From the IMG/VR virus record IMGVR_UViG_3300046832_003565: 64,000 nucleotides of DNA; one strand, 5' to 3'. The translations under genes were made by a program, and so were the position numbers. This document shows positions 50,421 to 59,901 of this stretch, in pieces. Origin of the DNA: an uncultured virus (IMG/VR IMGVR_UViG_3300046832_003565). Lineage: Duplodnaviria; Heunggongvirae; Uroviricota; Caudoviricetes. The notes beneath the pieces are model-generated. The model was given only the letters and a program-made list of their open reading frames with translations. It did not search any database and was not told the DNA's origin. Each line of letters starts with the position of its first letter. Position 1 is the stretch's first letter.

Positions 50421-51173
50421 CTACAATCTAATAGTGCTAACTTTATCATGCCCGATTAAGGTCTCTGTGTCAACATAAACAAAGATATCCTTCTTAGCAA
50501 GCTTCTTAAATAATGATACATCTTCAAAATCATAATCTACAAAATGAGGACTATCAATCTTGAGATTCTCAAACCATGGATAAGAGATTCTTTCAAAAAC
50601 ATTTTTTTTGAATGCAACAAATCCCATGCCAGGGCACTTCACTTTAACAATTCCATGTTGATGTTTTGTGCCATCCACCAAAAGATCTTCAATAGATGCA
50701 GTTGTGTAGGAATCATTTTCATGTAAAACTTCTGGTGAATCATCAACAATGACAGCTGGCGCACCATTTGCCATTGCGTAAATACCAGATAAAATATTAA
50801 TTTCTTTATTCATCTGAAGCTTCATAAGAATTCTAGCAATATCATGTGGCTCAAATACAACATCCGTGTCTAGCCAAAAAATATAATCATATTCCCACTC
50901 ACCGTCAAATAAAACTTGATACTTGCCTGATGTCTTCTTGCCACCTAAAATTGTGTTTCTACACTGATTGATATTAGATAAATAATAATTTACAATATGA
51001 ATGTCAAGAATCGGGTTTAGATTTAAAAAATATAAAAACTTAGTCCAACTATTGAAAAAACCTTGAGAAAAATCTTTGCCAGGAATACAAAAAACAACCA
51101 CAGGTTTCTTAGGAGCCTCTTGTTGTTCTTGTTCTTCTCTATGGTTGAAAATAACATCTGTATTAAACTTCAT
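50421..51173 (-). CDS. GT-A fold glycosyltransferase (paralogue of neighbour)
   Basis: 'VVFCIPG', 'YDYIFWLDTDVVF', 'GMGF', 'YPWF', 'EDVSL', 'IGHDK'; start at MKFNT. Confidence 0.8.
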   Translation of the reverse strand: MKFNTDVIFNHREEQEQQEAPKKPVVVFCIPGKDFSQGFFNSWTKFLYFLNLNPILDIHIVNYYLSNINQCRNTILGGKKTSGKYQVLFDGEWEYDYIFWLDTDVVFEPHDIARILMKLQMNKEINILSGIYAMANGAPAVIVDDSPEVLHENDSYTTASIEDLLVDGTKHQHGIVKVKCPGMGFVAFKKNVFERISYPWFENLKIDSPHFVDYDFEDVSLFKKLAKKDIFVYVDTETLIGHDKVSTIRL

Positions 51174-51208
51174 GATGATAATATTATACAAAATATTTGA
51201 CAAAAAAC

Positions 51209-51237
51209 TTGACATTCTTTTAAAGCTAGGAGATAAT
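51209..51237 (+). promoter_or_regulatory. sigma70-type promoter of ssb
   Basis: TTGACA-N17-GATAAT followed by a GAGCAG-TTCG-CTGTTC leader hairpin. Confidence 0.7.
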
Positions 51238-51281
51238 ATTAGTGAGCAGTTCGCTGTTCAGATATCTGTAAGGAAATAGAT

Positions 51282-51635
51282 ATGGATAAGCAAAAAGTAA
51301 GCATCACAGGGCGTGTCGTTAAGCAACCCTTCAAGTTCGGTAAAGATTCGTGCAGAATTCGTGTAGGCTGTGAGGGAGAATATTTCTCCATACGTGTAGA
51401 TGGCGATCTACATAAGTATTGCCTTGATAATATCTCAAATGGTGATTTTATCAAAGTATCTGGTAAGCTCAAAAATGATTCGTATATGAGCCGTCAGACT
51501 GGTCAAACTGTCTACACAATCGATGTTGTAGCTGAGAAAGTAAAGATTGTTCAAGCTCAATCAGTTTCTAACAAAAACATTGCAGAGTCAGACGAAGAAC
51601 AAAAATCCAATAATCTAAAAGAAAACTGGATGTAA
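51282..51635 (+). CDS. ssb: Single-stranded DNA-binding protein (OB fold)
   Basis: 'VSITGRVVKQP', 'GDFIKVSGKL.NDSY....GQTVY..DVVAEKV', acidic tail. Confidence 0.78.
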   Translation: MDKQKVSITGRVVKQPFKFGKDSCRIRVGCEGEYFSIRVDGDLHKYCLDNISNGDFIKVSGKLKNDSYMSRQTGQTVYTIDVVAEKVKIVQAQSVSNKNIAESDEEQKSNNLKENWM

Positions 51636-51639
51636 AACG

Positions 51640-51665
51640 AAAAACCTCCCGAAATGGGAGGTTTT
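51640..51665. terminator. Bidirectional terminator
   Basis: AAAAACCTCCC-GAAAT-GGGAGGTTTTT. Confidence 0.85.
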
Positions 51666-51666
51666 T

Positions 51667-52215
51667 TTATACTAATATCATCTCAATTTTTTTGTTTTGA
51701 CAAGTCTTTTCAACCAGACACATTTCATCAAAATAACAACCTTTATAATATAGATTTTCAAGATCGTGAAATATCATTGCCAAGGTTGATGCAGTCCAAT
51801 AATCACATGCAAAGTGTGATTTATCAGTGAATAATTTTGCATTTTCAAATGTGTATTCTGAAATAACTTCAGATTTTATTTTAGAAACATCTATAAAAAT
51901 ATAATCTTCATAAATTTGCTGTTGTCTTGATTCAATAAAAACCATGTGTCTGTGAAATGCATTTGTATAAGTTTTTTCCTTTTCAAAAAATCTACCTTTT
52001 TGCATGTTTTGAATCCATAATGGGACAGAAGGCTCATGACAAATCACATCCACAATGTTTTCTTTTTCACTAAATAATAATGAATTTTCATCTTCCATAC
52101 TATTATTAAATGAACAATATATATCCACATCGTATTTTGACAAAATATTATTTAAAATCGAATAAGTTTTTTCACAATCTTGTAAATGTCCATACAATAA
52201 AACGCAAGTTTTCAT
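51667..52215 (-). CDS. Hypothetical glycosyltransferase-like protein (degenerate)
   Basis: 'KTCVLLYGHLQ...VDIY.S' resembles 54661 'KTALLISGQLR'. Confidence 0.5.
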   Translation of the reverse strand: MKTCVLLYGHLQDCEKTYSILNNILSKYDVDIYCSFNNSMEDENSLLFSEKENIVDVICHEPSVPLWIQNMQKGRFFEKEKTYTNAFHRHMVFIESRQQQIYEDYIFIDVSKIKSEVISEYTFENAKLFTDKSHFACDYWTASTLAMIFHDLENLYYKGCYFDEMCLVEKTCQNKKIEMILV

Positions 52216-52247
52216 AATAATATTTTTACAGTATGTATAAAAAAATC

Positions 52248-52862
52248 ATGGAACATTATTACGAAGAAATTGACGGATGGTTTGATTACGATGGCTTGTA
52301 TGAACAAGTGTTAGATCGACTTGTTGAAGATGCTAAGATTGTTGAGCTAGGCTGTTGGAAAGGCAAAAGTTCAAGTTACTTGGCTGTTCAATCACATAAT
52401 TTAAAAAAGAACTTTGAACTTCATTTTGTGGACACATGGGGAGGCAGTCCTGAACATTTTGAAAGTAAAGAATTTGCAAATGCTATCAATGAAGATAATG
52501 ATTTAATTTATAATCAATTTGTTGAAAATATTTCCAGAGTTGATTATCCATACAATATACACAGAATGACATCGCTGGAAGCTGCAGATTTATTTGAAAA
52601 CAATTCTTTGGATTTTGTTTATTTTGATACAAATCATAGCTTTTCTTATCTTACACAAGAACTTAAGAAATGGTATCCTAAATTGAAAGCAGGCGGAATA
52701 TTAGCTGGACATGATTATAATGGACCAGTAATGTCTGCTGTTAAAGCATTTTTCTCACCTATGAAGATAATCCCATACCAAGGCTGGATGGCTTATTCAT
52801 GGATAACTTACAAACCTGATAATCATTTAGAACCAAAAAGATATGTATACAAACTTTTGTAA
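52248..52862 (+). CDS. Class I SAM-dependent methyltransferase (Methyltransf_24-like)
   Basis: 'IDGWFDY', 'VELGCWKGKSS', 'VDTW.GS.EH', 'DFVYFDTNH', 'GGILAGHDY'. Confidence 0.88.
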   Translation: MEHYYEEIDGWFDYDGLYEQVLDRLVEDAKIVELGCWKGKSSSYLAVQSHNLKKNFELHFVDTWGGSPEHFESKEFANAINEDNDLIYNQFVENISRVDYPYNIHRMTSLEAADLFENNSLDFVYFDTNHSFSYLTQELKKWYPKLKAGGILAGHDYNGPVMSAVKAFFSPMKIIPYQGWMAYSWITYKPDNHLEPKRYVYKLL

Positions 52863-54568
52863 AATGATCTTGAAGTAATTTTCCTAATACTGTAATTAGC
52901 AACTTTTTTCATTCCAGTATTGCTAATTAGATTTTGTACTTTAGGAAGAATGTACTCGTAAATTCTTACCCCATAGTCAATGGTTGAACTTTCGCCAACA
53001 ATGTTATATGGTATTCTAACGATGGCATGATTTGGTGCATTATTGAAAAAATTATTTTTTATTGAATCATAAATTTTTTGACGCACAAAATTCATTCTTC
53101 CCTTGGGCATATAATGTTGCTGTCCATCAAACTCAACTAAGATTGTGGGGTATATTTTTTGATATTTAGGTTTAGGTATCAACAAGAAATCTGGTTTCTT
53201 TTCCAATAAATCAGGGCTAAATAAATGTGAATTCACATTTTCTAATCTGATCTTGTCAGATATAGATTTATCACGATCTTTCAAATAATAATACTTAATA
53301 GCAATGATAGCTTCTAATAGATAAATAAATTTCTTGAAATCAATTCTTTTTGAATCTGTCAACCTAGCAAGATTATTTAGAAGAGATTTTAATTTATTTT
53401 CAAAATTATTTACCTTTTCTACACCATTACCATCCATGAGTTTTATTGCTTTTATAAAAGCAACTTTGGGTCTAATTCTAATGTTCTTAAATGATGGTAT
53501 CTCACCATAATAATCGCTAGTATGCATTAATAAGTTTAAGACTTCTAACTCTTTATTGTCATCTTCAAAAAAAGAATTATTTTGTATGATTTGTGGTAGC
53601 ATTTCAAAATGAATATTGTCATACATTTTAGCTATGATTTGATCACTTTTTTGCAGTTTGAAACCTGTGTCTTTCAATGCATACTGCTGACCATCTACGA
53701 GATTATATATATTTTTTAATTTTCCTAATTCAATTAATTTATTTAATGCTTCTAAGGTTAATAGTTCACCTTTGTAGTTTGATTCTTGCTTAAAGATTTG
53801 TTCAAAAGTTTGACCAGTTTCTTTTTTATAATCTCTGTATGCAGGCATAGGTGGTCTCTCACCATGAATTCCAGTATACTCTGCATACCATTGGATAAAC
53901 TCACTCTTAGTAGTGAAGCCTTCAGGAACATTTAGTTTTAACCACTTAGCTACAGGTTCATTTTCTCTTCTAGGATTAACTTTTAAGAATTTAATAACTT
54001 CATGATGCATTCTTGGTAGTTTATCTGACATAGACCTAGAAAAAAGTTTATATCTAATGCCATTTACAGTTGCAATGGGATTTTTTCTAAGGAAATTGTC
54101 ATAATCACTTATGGATATTAATCCATTTTGAGAAATAAACTCTTTAAAATTATTTATATCTTGAGCTGAAGGTGTATTATTTGAACTCCAAGATTGATTA
54201 ATGATTCCTAAAGATTCAATTAAGCTTTTTCTAAATCTATCAGCAGTCTTTGGAATCTCATAATTAATTCCATTGTATGGAAAACATGTGATTTGTCTAG
54301 TTTCATCTGAACAATCTACAAATGGTGGTTGAGCTTTAATTTTACTTAAGACTGAAAAAAATGTATTTTGTGGTCCTAAATATGGAAATATCAAATCCAT
54401 CAAAGATTTGAATGCACTTTCAGCATTTGCATCAACAGGTCCAGATCCTTCTATAAATGCTTTTGATCTGGCTGTAGGCACTTCATTTATTGTATTTGTT
54501 GAAGTAACGTTTTCGTCTTCAAATGCATAAGATTTATATTTAGGTTTGATGTTTATTTTGTATTTCAT
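52823..54568 (-). CDS. Large protein with C-terminal PD-(D/E)xK (Vsr/DUF559-like) nuclease domain
   Basis: 'PDFLL...LVEFDGQQHY...YD.IKN.F...IVRIPY'. Confidence 0.7.
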   Translation of the reverse strand: MKYKINIKPKYKSYAFEDENVTSTNTINEVPTARSKAFIEGSGPVDANAESAFKSLMDLIFPYLGPQNTFFSVLSKIKAQPPFVDCSDETRQITCFPYNGINYEIPKTADRFRKSLIESLGIINQSWSSNNTPSAQDINNFKEFISQNGLISISDYDNFLRKNPIATVNGIRYKLFSRSMSDKLPRMHHEVIKFLKVNPRRENEPVAKWLKLNVPEGFTTKSEFIQWYAEYTGIHGERPPMPAYRDYKKETGQTFEQIFKQESNYKGELLTLEALNKLIELGKLKNIYNLVDGQQYALKDTGFKLQKSDQIIAKMYDNIHFEMLPQIIQNNSFFEDDNKELEVLNLLMHTSDYYGEIPSFKNIRIRPKVAFIKAIKLMDGNGVEKVNNFENKLKSLLNNLARLTDSKRIDFKKFIYLLEAIIAIKYYYLKDRDKSISDKIRLENVNSHLFSPDLLEKKPDFLLIPKPKYQKIYPTILVEFDGQQHYMPKGRMNFVRQKIYDSIKNNFFNNAPNHAIVRIPYNIVGESSTIDYGVRIYEYILPKVQNLISNTGMKKVANYSIRKITSRSFYKSLYTYLFGSK

Positions 54569-54660
54569 TGAAGTGCCTACTTACTAAATATTTGAAGAAG
54601 TAAATGCTATTTCCTTTTATCTGGGTATTGTTTATATACAAAAAAAGGTATAAATAAGAC

Positions 54661-55488
54661 ATGGACTTTTATTTTAAAACACAATATAAAACCGCATTAT
54701 TGATCTCTGGACAGTTAAGATTAGAAGATAGTCAAGAAACATCACTAAACATTTACAACAATCATACAAAGCATTTTGCACATGATAATTTATATCTTTG
54801 GCTTTGGAAAAATGAATTAGAAAAACATCCTGAACTTGCACAACAAAAACACACAAAAATTATTTCTTACCCTGATGAACAACCAGTTTTATCTGAAGAA
54901 GAAAAAGATATAATCCCAAAAGCATTTCAAAGAACTTGGGATTATTACGAACATATTAAACATGATTATATTTGCAAAACAGTTGAAGAATGCGCTGGAG
55001 TAATTCCAAGTATTTCAAAGCAGTTTTTCCAAATAGGCAAGTTATTTGAAGAAAGCCTTGAAGATAATGATATATTCATTAAGACAAGATATGATTTGCT
55101 CTACAGAAAATCATTTGACATAAACAAAATAAAAGATCTCTTGTTAACTAAAAAACCAGTTGTTTGTGTGCCATATGGCGGAAATACACCTAAAAGAAGA
55201 GGATTAGGGGATTTATTTTATGTCATGAATAGAAGCGCAGCTCTATTGATGAGAGACTATTTAAATACAACACTTCAATATGCTAAAGAAGGTGGACCAA
55301 TTCATCAAGAAAGTGTATTTAGATATCATTTGATAAATAAAAATAATGTGGATGTGTATAGATTTAATTTTCCATTAACTAAATATGCATATGAAAACTT
55401 AGAAATGAATGATTATTTCTATAATTATTATAACACACAAGGAATAGTATTAGACAAAATTCCACATATTTTTGAGCCACAAGATTAA
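54661..55488 (+). CDS. Glycosyltransferase-like protein
   Basis: 'ALLISGQLR', 'IKTRYDL', 'GLGDLF', 'HQE' motifs. Confidence 0.55.
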   Translation: MDFYFKTQYKTALLISGQLRLEDSQETSLNIYNNHTKHFAHDNLYLWLWKNELEKHPELAQQKHTKIISYPDEQPVLSEEEKDIIPKAFQRTWDYYEHIKHDYICKTVEECAGVIPSISKQFFQIGKLFEESLEDNDIFIKTRYDLLYRKSFDINKIKDLLLTKKPVVCVPYGGNTPKRRGLGDLFYVMNRSAALLMRDYLNTTLQYAKEGGPIHQESVFRYHLINKNNVDVYRFNFPLTKYAYENLEMNDYFYNYYNTQGIVLDKIPHIFEPQD

Positions 55489-56180
55489 GAATATTCATCC
55501 TCATCAATAGATTCAAGATAAGAAAGATGATCGCCAAAGCCATTGTATTTTTTTATAAAAACATAGTAAGGTTTAATATTTTCAAATGTTCCTAAATATC
55601 TTTCATAATAAAATCTATCCGATGTCATATCAGGACAATTTTTCTCCAAAAAAAACGAAGTTTTAACCCAGAAAAAGTTTCCAGGAAATATGAAGTTCTT
55701 GTAAGTGATTATTAAATCTTCAAGTGGTTGATTTGAACTTTGCAATACATCCAACAATACACCAGCGCAATTATAATCACTTGTATGAAGTGTATTTATT
55801 AAATGGTTAGCATTGTCAATAGTGAAATACTCCATGCATTTTCGCCATTGAGTCACTGCATCCATATTTTGTTTAGAAATGCCTTTGCTGTGTAAAAAAC
55901 CTATGTATTTATAGCCTTGTAATGACAAAACGTACAAAAGATTGAAACCATATGCTTCGCATCCATAAAAATCATTTGTGAAGTATTTTATTTGAACTCT
56001 ATCTTTATTTTTTATATAATTTTTAAGTTCAATTAAGTTTTCTTTTGGTCCTAATGCTACAATATATATATGACCATTTTCTTTATAATAGTCAGATTGT
56101 AATATCCTATCTATTTGAAGAAAGACAATGTTTCTCCAATCATGTAAAAGATAACAAGAATATACGATTGCAGTTTTCAT
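55485..56180 (-). CDS. Glycosyltransferase-like protein ('HSKG' family)
   Basis: 'FLHSKG...WRKCMEYF...GNFFWVK...DRFYYE'. Confidence 0.55.
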   Translation of the reverse strand: MKTAIVYSCYLLHDWRNIVFLQIDRILQSDYYKENGHIYIVALGPKENLIELKNYIKNKDRVQIKYFTNDFYGCEAYGFNLLYVLSLQGYKYIGFLHSKGISKQNMDAVTQWRKCMEYFTIDNANHLINTLHTSDYNCAGVLLDVLQSSNQPLEDLIITYKNFIFPGNFFWVKTSFFLEKNCPDMTSDRFYYERYLGTFENIKPYYVFIKKYNGFGDHLSYLESIDEDEYS

Positions 56181-56323
56181 ATGATTTATTTTGTTTTACC
56201 CATATTTTATATGGCATATCATTTTTATTTTATTTGATTTTGCATTATTCCTTATAGTTATTTTGAAGGAAAAAAATATAAGGCTTAAGAAATAATACAT
56301 CAGTTCTTACCAAAGGAAAAATT

Positions 56324-56851
56324 ATGAAAAATACCCTCAAGAATCTAATATACGTTGCTGATTATTTTGATTCAGTACAAATGCATGAAGAATCAACCGT
56401 ACTTACTAGAATTGCAAAAAAGATTGTCATTTCCCAAGAAGATGATTTTGATCCTGAAGAAGATCCAATCGATGTTGATATGGCTGACGATTTGAATACC
56501 ATGGATGACGAAATGATCGAACTTCAAAAAATCTTAGATGAGCTTGGACTTAGTGATGACCAAAAACAAGAAATCATGGACATTGTTGAGTCTGTAGACG
56601 AAGAAGATGAAGAAGATGAAGAAGATGAAGATGTAAAAGAGTTTTCATTTGAAGATGACATGCAATCTGAGCAGATGATGGAAAATGCAGACATGCAAAA
56701 TGAGGGAAACCAAGCTGTATTTGAAAATGCAGTACTTGAAGGTGAAGATTCTGATGCAGATATGTCTGATCAATCAGCAAATGATGAGATTGAATCACTT
56801 TTAGCAGATGATCCAGAACTTTTGAAATGGTATAGAAGCTTAGGTCAGTAA
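56324..56851 (+). CDS. Highly acidic protein with helical tag
   Basis: 'VADYFDSVQMHEESTVLTRIAKKIVISQ' followed by a D/E-rich body. Confidence 0.7.
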   Translation: MKNTLKNLIYVADYFDSVQMHEESTVLTRIAKKIVISQEDDFDPEEDPIDVDMADDLNTMDDEMIELQKILDELGLSDDQKQEIMDIVESVDEEDEEDEEDEDVKEFSFEDDMQSEQMMENADMQNEGNQAVFENAVLEGEDSDADMSDQSANDEIESLLADDPELLKWYRSLGQ

Positions 56852-56976
56852 TTCATATTATATTTATCCTTTAAAAAAAGTGCAAGTAACATTGCACTTT
56901 TTCTTTTTTTATAGGTTTTTGATTATAAAATTAGTAAAATATAAGTAGTATTTCAATATTTCCCCTGAGAGACAAT

Positions 56977-59901
56977 ATGTTTAATTATAGATTAGTTATT
57001 GCTGGCATTCAAGATGATATTAAGAAAATATGCGATGCAAAAAAATTAGATCAGAGTCAATTTAAAAGCATATATGAATATGTAAATAAATTTGATGGAA
57101 TTTATAAACTTTTGGCAGCATGGCTTGCTGCAAGAAACATTACTCCTGATGAATATATTTCAACCTTGATGAAATATGAAAATAATAAAAGGTTTGATAA
57201 AACAAAATTAAGTGTCCAACCTACATATGTAATTATGGATGGATTAAAATATGAAGATGGACCTTCCCTGGAAGACGATTTTGCCAGCCTTAAACTGACT
57301 GAGTATATTCACAGCACATATCCAATTTTGAATATTGAGATGAAAGCTGAAAAAAATGATCTTATTCCAGTACTAGAAGGAGATGGAATCAAAATCTATG
57401 AGGTTAACAATGTTCATGAATCTAGAGCTGCAGGAGCAGGAACAACTTGGTGTATAGCATATCCTGCTTCAAATAATCTTTGGCAATCTTATAGAGATTC
57501 TGTGGAAGCTACTTTTTTTATTGTTCATGACGAGAATCCACCTACGCCCGAACAAAGTAGAGTGGCAGTTGACTTTAACAATAGAGAAGTAAGTCTTACA
57601 GATATTCCTAATTCAACAGGTACACGATTATCTAATGGAATGGATTGGAATGAATATAAGGAATATCTCATAAGTAAAAATGTACCTGTAGATGCCACAA
57701 GAATAAATCCAAAAACCAATCAAGAAGAATTAGTTTTAAAAAATAAGCCTTTCACTGATCAAGAATATCTTCAAAAATTAACATTCGAAATGTTAAGTCG
57801 ATACGAAGCCTTAAAATTAGATACTGTCAATCTTTGGAATCAAAACAGATCAATAATAAGAAAAATCACATCGCAAGGAGATCAAGAAAGATATCAAAAA
57901 TTAATTCAAAAATATCCTTTAATAGAAGATAGCAATAATGGCGAAGTTGTCATTAAAAATCCATTTTCAAAATTTTATTTATCTAATTGGATAGGTGTTG
58001 GCAATAAAATATCTGATAAAGTTTTAGATTATATTCTTCAGGCAGCAAATGGAAAAGAACTGTTATTAAAATATGTTAGCACAGGTATTCCGATACCAAA
58101 AGAACATTTTGAAAAAATCTCATTAAATAAAAACTTAGCTAATACATATATTTTCAAATATACTCAAGGGCTTGAATTTAATGGTTATTGGGGATCTGAT
58201 TTTAACAACAATGGAATCATGGATTATTTGATTGCCAATAGAGATGAAAAAAGAATTTTTGATATTTTCGTTAAGGTTGAAAATATCGATGTATCTAGTT
58301 ATCCAGAATTTGTTAAAGATATATATGATAAATCATTGCTCCAAAATGGAGGATTTTACAATCAACATGAAAGATTAAGTTTCGATAATCCTGAGCATAT
58401 TGAATTTATAAATAACAATCAACCTAAAAACAATGTACCATTCTTTCAAATGGTAAGCAGAGATCCGAGATTTATTAAAATACCTAGAATTTTTAGAAGG
58501 TGGATCTATGAAAACTACATTGTAAGTTCCGATATTTTCAATGAAATGTCTGATGTGCAAAGGAAAATTTTCATACTTGGAGGCGGACAAACTTATTATG
58601 AATTAGATGTTATTAATGATTTTATAAAAAATCACATTGATTTATATATGTTTGATGTTGATGAAGTAAATAAATTAGTTTCTGAGATTAAATATGAAAA
58701 TCCAGACTATATTGCAATACTGCAAAAGAATTTAGATGATAGAAATTTATTCCCAGCATATTCAAAAACAGAAAATTTAGAAATACAAGAGGCTGTTCAA
58801 GATTCTAAAATTGGATTCATAGTTAATGACGCTAAAACATTCACTGAGATTTACAAAGTACTAGTGAAAGCTCCATCTGAAAATATAGAAACAGATGACA
58901 CTGAATATAAAAACTATTTAAAAAATGAATTGTTAGATAAATTCAATCTTATGCCATTAATTGCATATATTGGGGACGAGATATTTAAATATTTTCCTGA
59001 ACTAGCAGAAAACAGAGATTTATGGATATCTTGGATAAAAATCGATTGGATTTATTCGCAAAAAAGAAATCAAAAACATGGTTATAAAATAATCACTTTT
59101 ATGCCTGAACGTTTTTATGATGATGATGAAATCCTAAATCTTTTGATAAATCCAGTAAACAAAGATGAAATGATGACTATTCTTTTAACTAAGGATACTT
59201 TTTTCAATCATCCTAAACTCATGCAAAGATTTTTAGATTTCATTGATGGAGATTCTAATTTTTATACCTTAGCAGAAATTCCCTATACAAACAATCATAA
59301 AGAATGGGTAAAAGCTGTTTATAAAAAATTGATGAGTAAAAATCGTGAATATTACAAAGACCTTTACAATCTAGAGTATGTTCAAGATCCAATGATGTAT
59401 TTAGAAGTTTATAAAGAAATTTTTGCTGAAGATGTTGATTCTATATTAGGAGCTATGTCAAGCAATAAAATAGACATATTAAATAAAAAATTATCAATTT
59501 ACAGCATAGATGAACTTTTCACTTCTTATCGTGATGTCATGAAAAAATTGATGACAATAATGCCTTTAAAATTCAATGCATTATTAAGAAAAAGAGCATG
59601 GGAAGAATTTCCTGAATTAAAAGATTCTATCATCGAAAAAGAAAGTCAGAAATATGGTGCGCCTGATTATTTTGATGAAGAATTAGGCGTGGTAGTTCAA
59701 GGATCAAGATTTAAAAAACAAATGCCAGAAATTGATAAACCTGAAATTCTTGAAGAAAATCCTCAAGTGCCAAATGAAGAAAATACTGATGTACTAGCTC
59801 ATTTATCATCTGTTGTTAAAGTGGCTAAAATACTAGATTTGAAAAATAGATATTATTTTGCAGATAAACTTACAAAATATTTAGGTAAATACAATGTTTA
59901 A
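56977..59901 (+). CDS. Large paralogue 1 ('T(T/S)WCIAY' domain) with C-terminal helical tag
   Basis: 'GDGIKIYEV...GTTWCIAY...NLWQSYR...TFFIVHDENPP'; ends KVAKILDLKNRYYFADKLTKYLGKYNV. Confidence 0.8.
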   Translation: MFNYRLVIAGIQDDIKKICDAKKLDQSQFKSIYEYVNKFDGIYKLLAAWLAARNITPDEYISTLMKYENNKRFDKTKLSVQPTYVIMDGLKYEDGPSLEDDFASLKLTEYIHSTYPILNIEMKAEKNDLIPVLEGDGIKIYEVNNVHESRAAGAGTTWCIAYPASNNLWQSYRDSVEATFFIVHDENPPTPEQSRVAVDFNNREVSLTDIPNSTGTRLSNGMDWNEYKEYLISKNVPVDATRINPKTNQEELVLKNKPFTDQEYLQKLTFEMLSRYEALKLDTVNLWNQNRSIIRKITSQGDQERYQKLIQKYPLIEDSNNGEVVIKNPFSKFYLSNWIGVGNKISDKVLDYILQAANGKELLLKYVSTGIPIPKEHFEKISLNKNLANTYIFKYTQGLEFNGYWGSDFNNNGIMDYLIANRDEKRIFDIFVKVENIDVSSYPEFVKDIYDKSLLQNGGFYNQHERLSFDNPEHIEFINNNQPKNNVPFFQMVSRDPRFIKIPRIFRRWIYENYIVSSDIFNEMSDVQRKIFILGGGQTYYELDVINDFIKNHIDLYMFDVDEVNKLVSEIKYENPDYIAILQKNLDDRNLFPAYSKTENLEIQEAVQDSKIGFIVNDAKTFTEIYKVLVKAPSENIETDDTEYKNYLKNELLDKFNLMPLIAYIGDEIFKYFPELAENRDLWISWIKIDWIYSQKRNQKHGYKIITFMPERFYDDDEILNLLINPVNKDEMMTILLTKDTFFNHPKLMQRFLDFIDGDSNFYTLAEIPYTNNHKEWVKAVYKKLMSKNREYYKDLYNLEYVQDPMMYLEVYKEIFAEDVDSILGAMSSNKIDILNKKLSIYSIDELFTSYRDVMKKLMTIMPLKFNALLRKRAWEEFPELKDSIIEKESQKYGAPDYFDEELGVVVQGSRFKKQMPEIDKPEILEENPQVPNEENTDVLAHLSSVVKVAKILDLKNRYYFADKLTKYLGKYNV

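Noticed and set aside
56595..56633. GAAGAAGAT microsatellite as a phase-variation tract
   Set aside because: In-frame 9-nt repeat encoding an acidic stretch; slippage would not shift the frame
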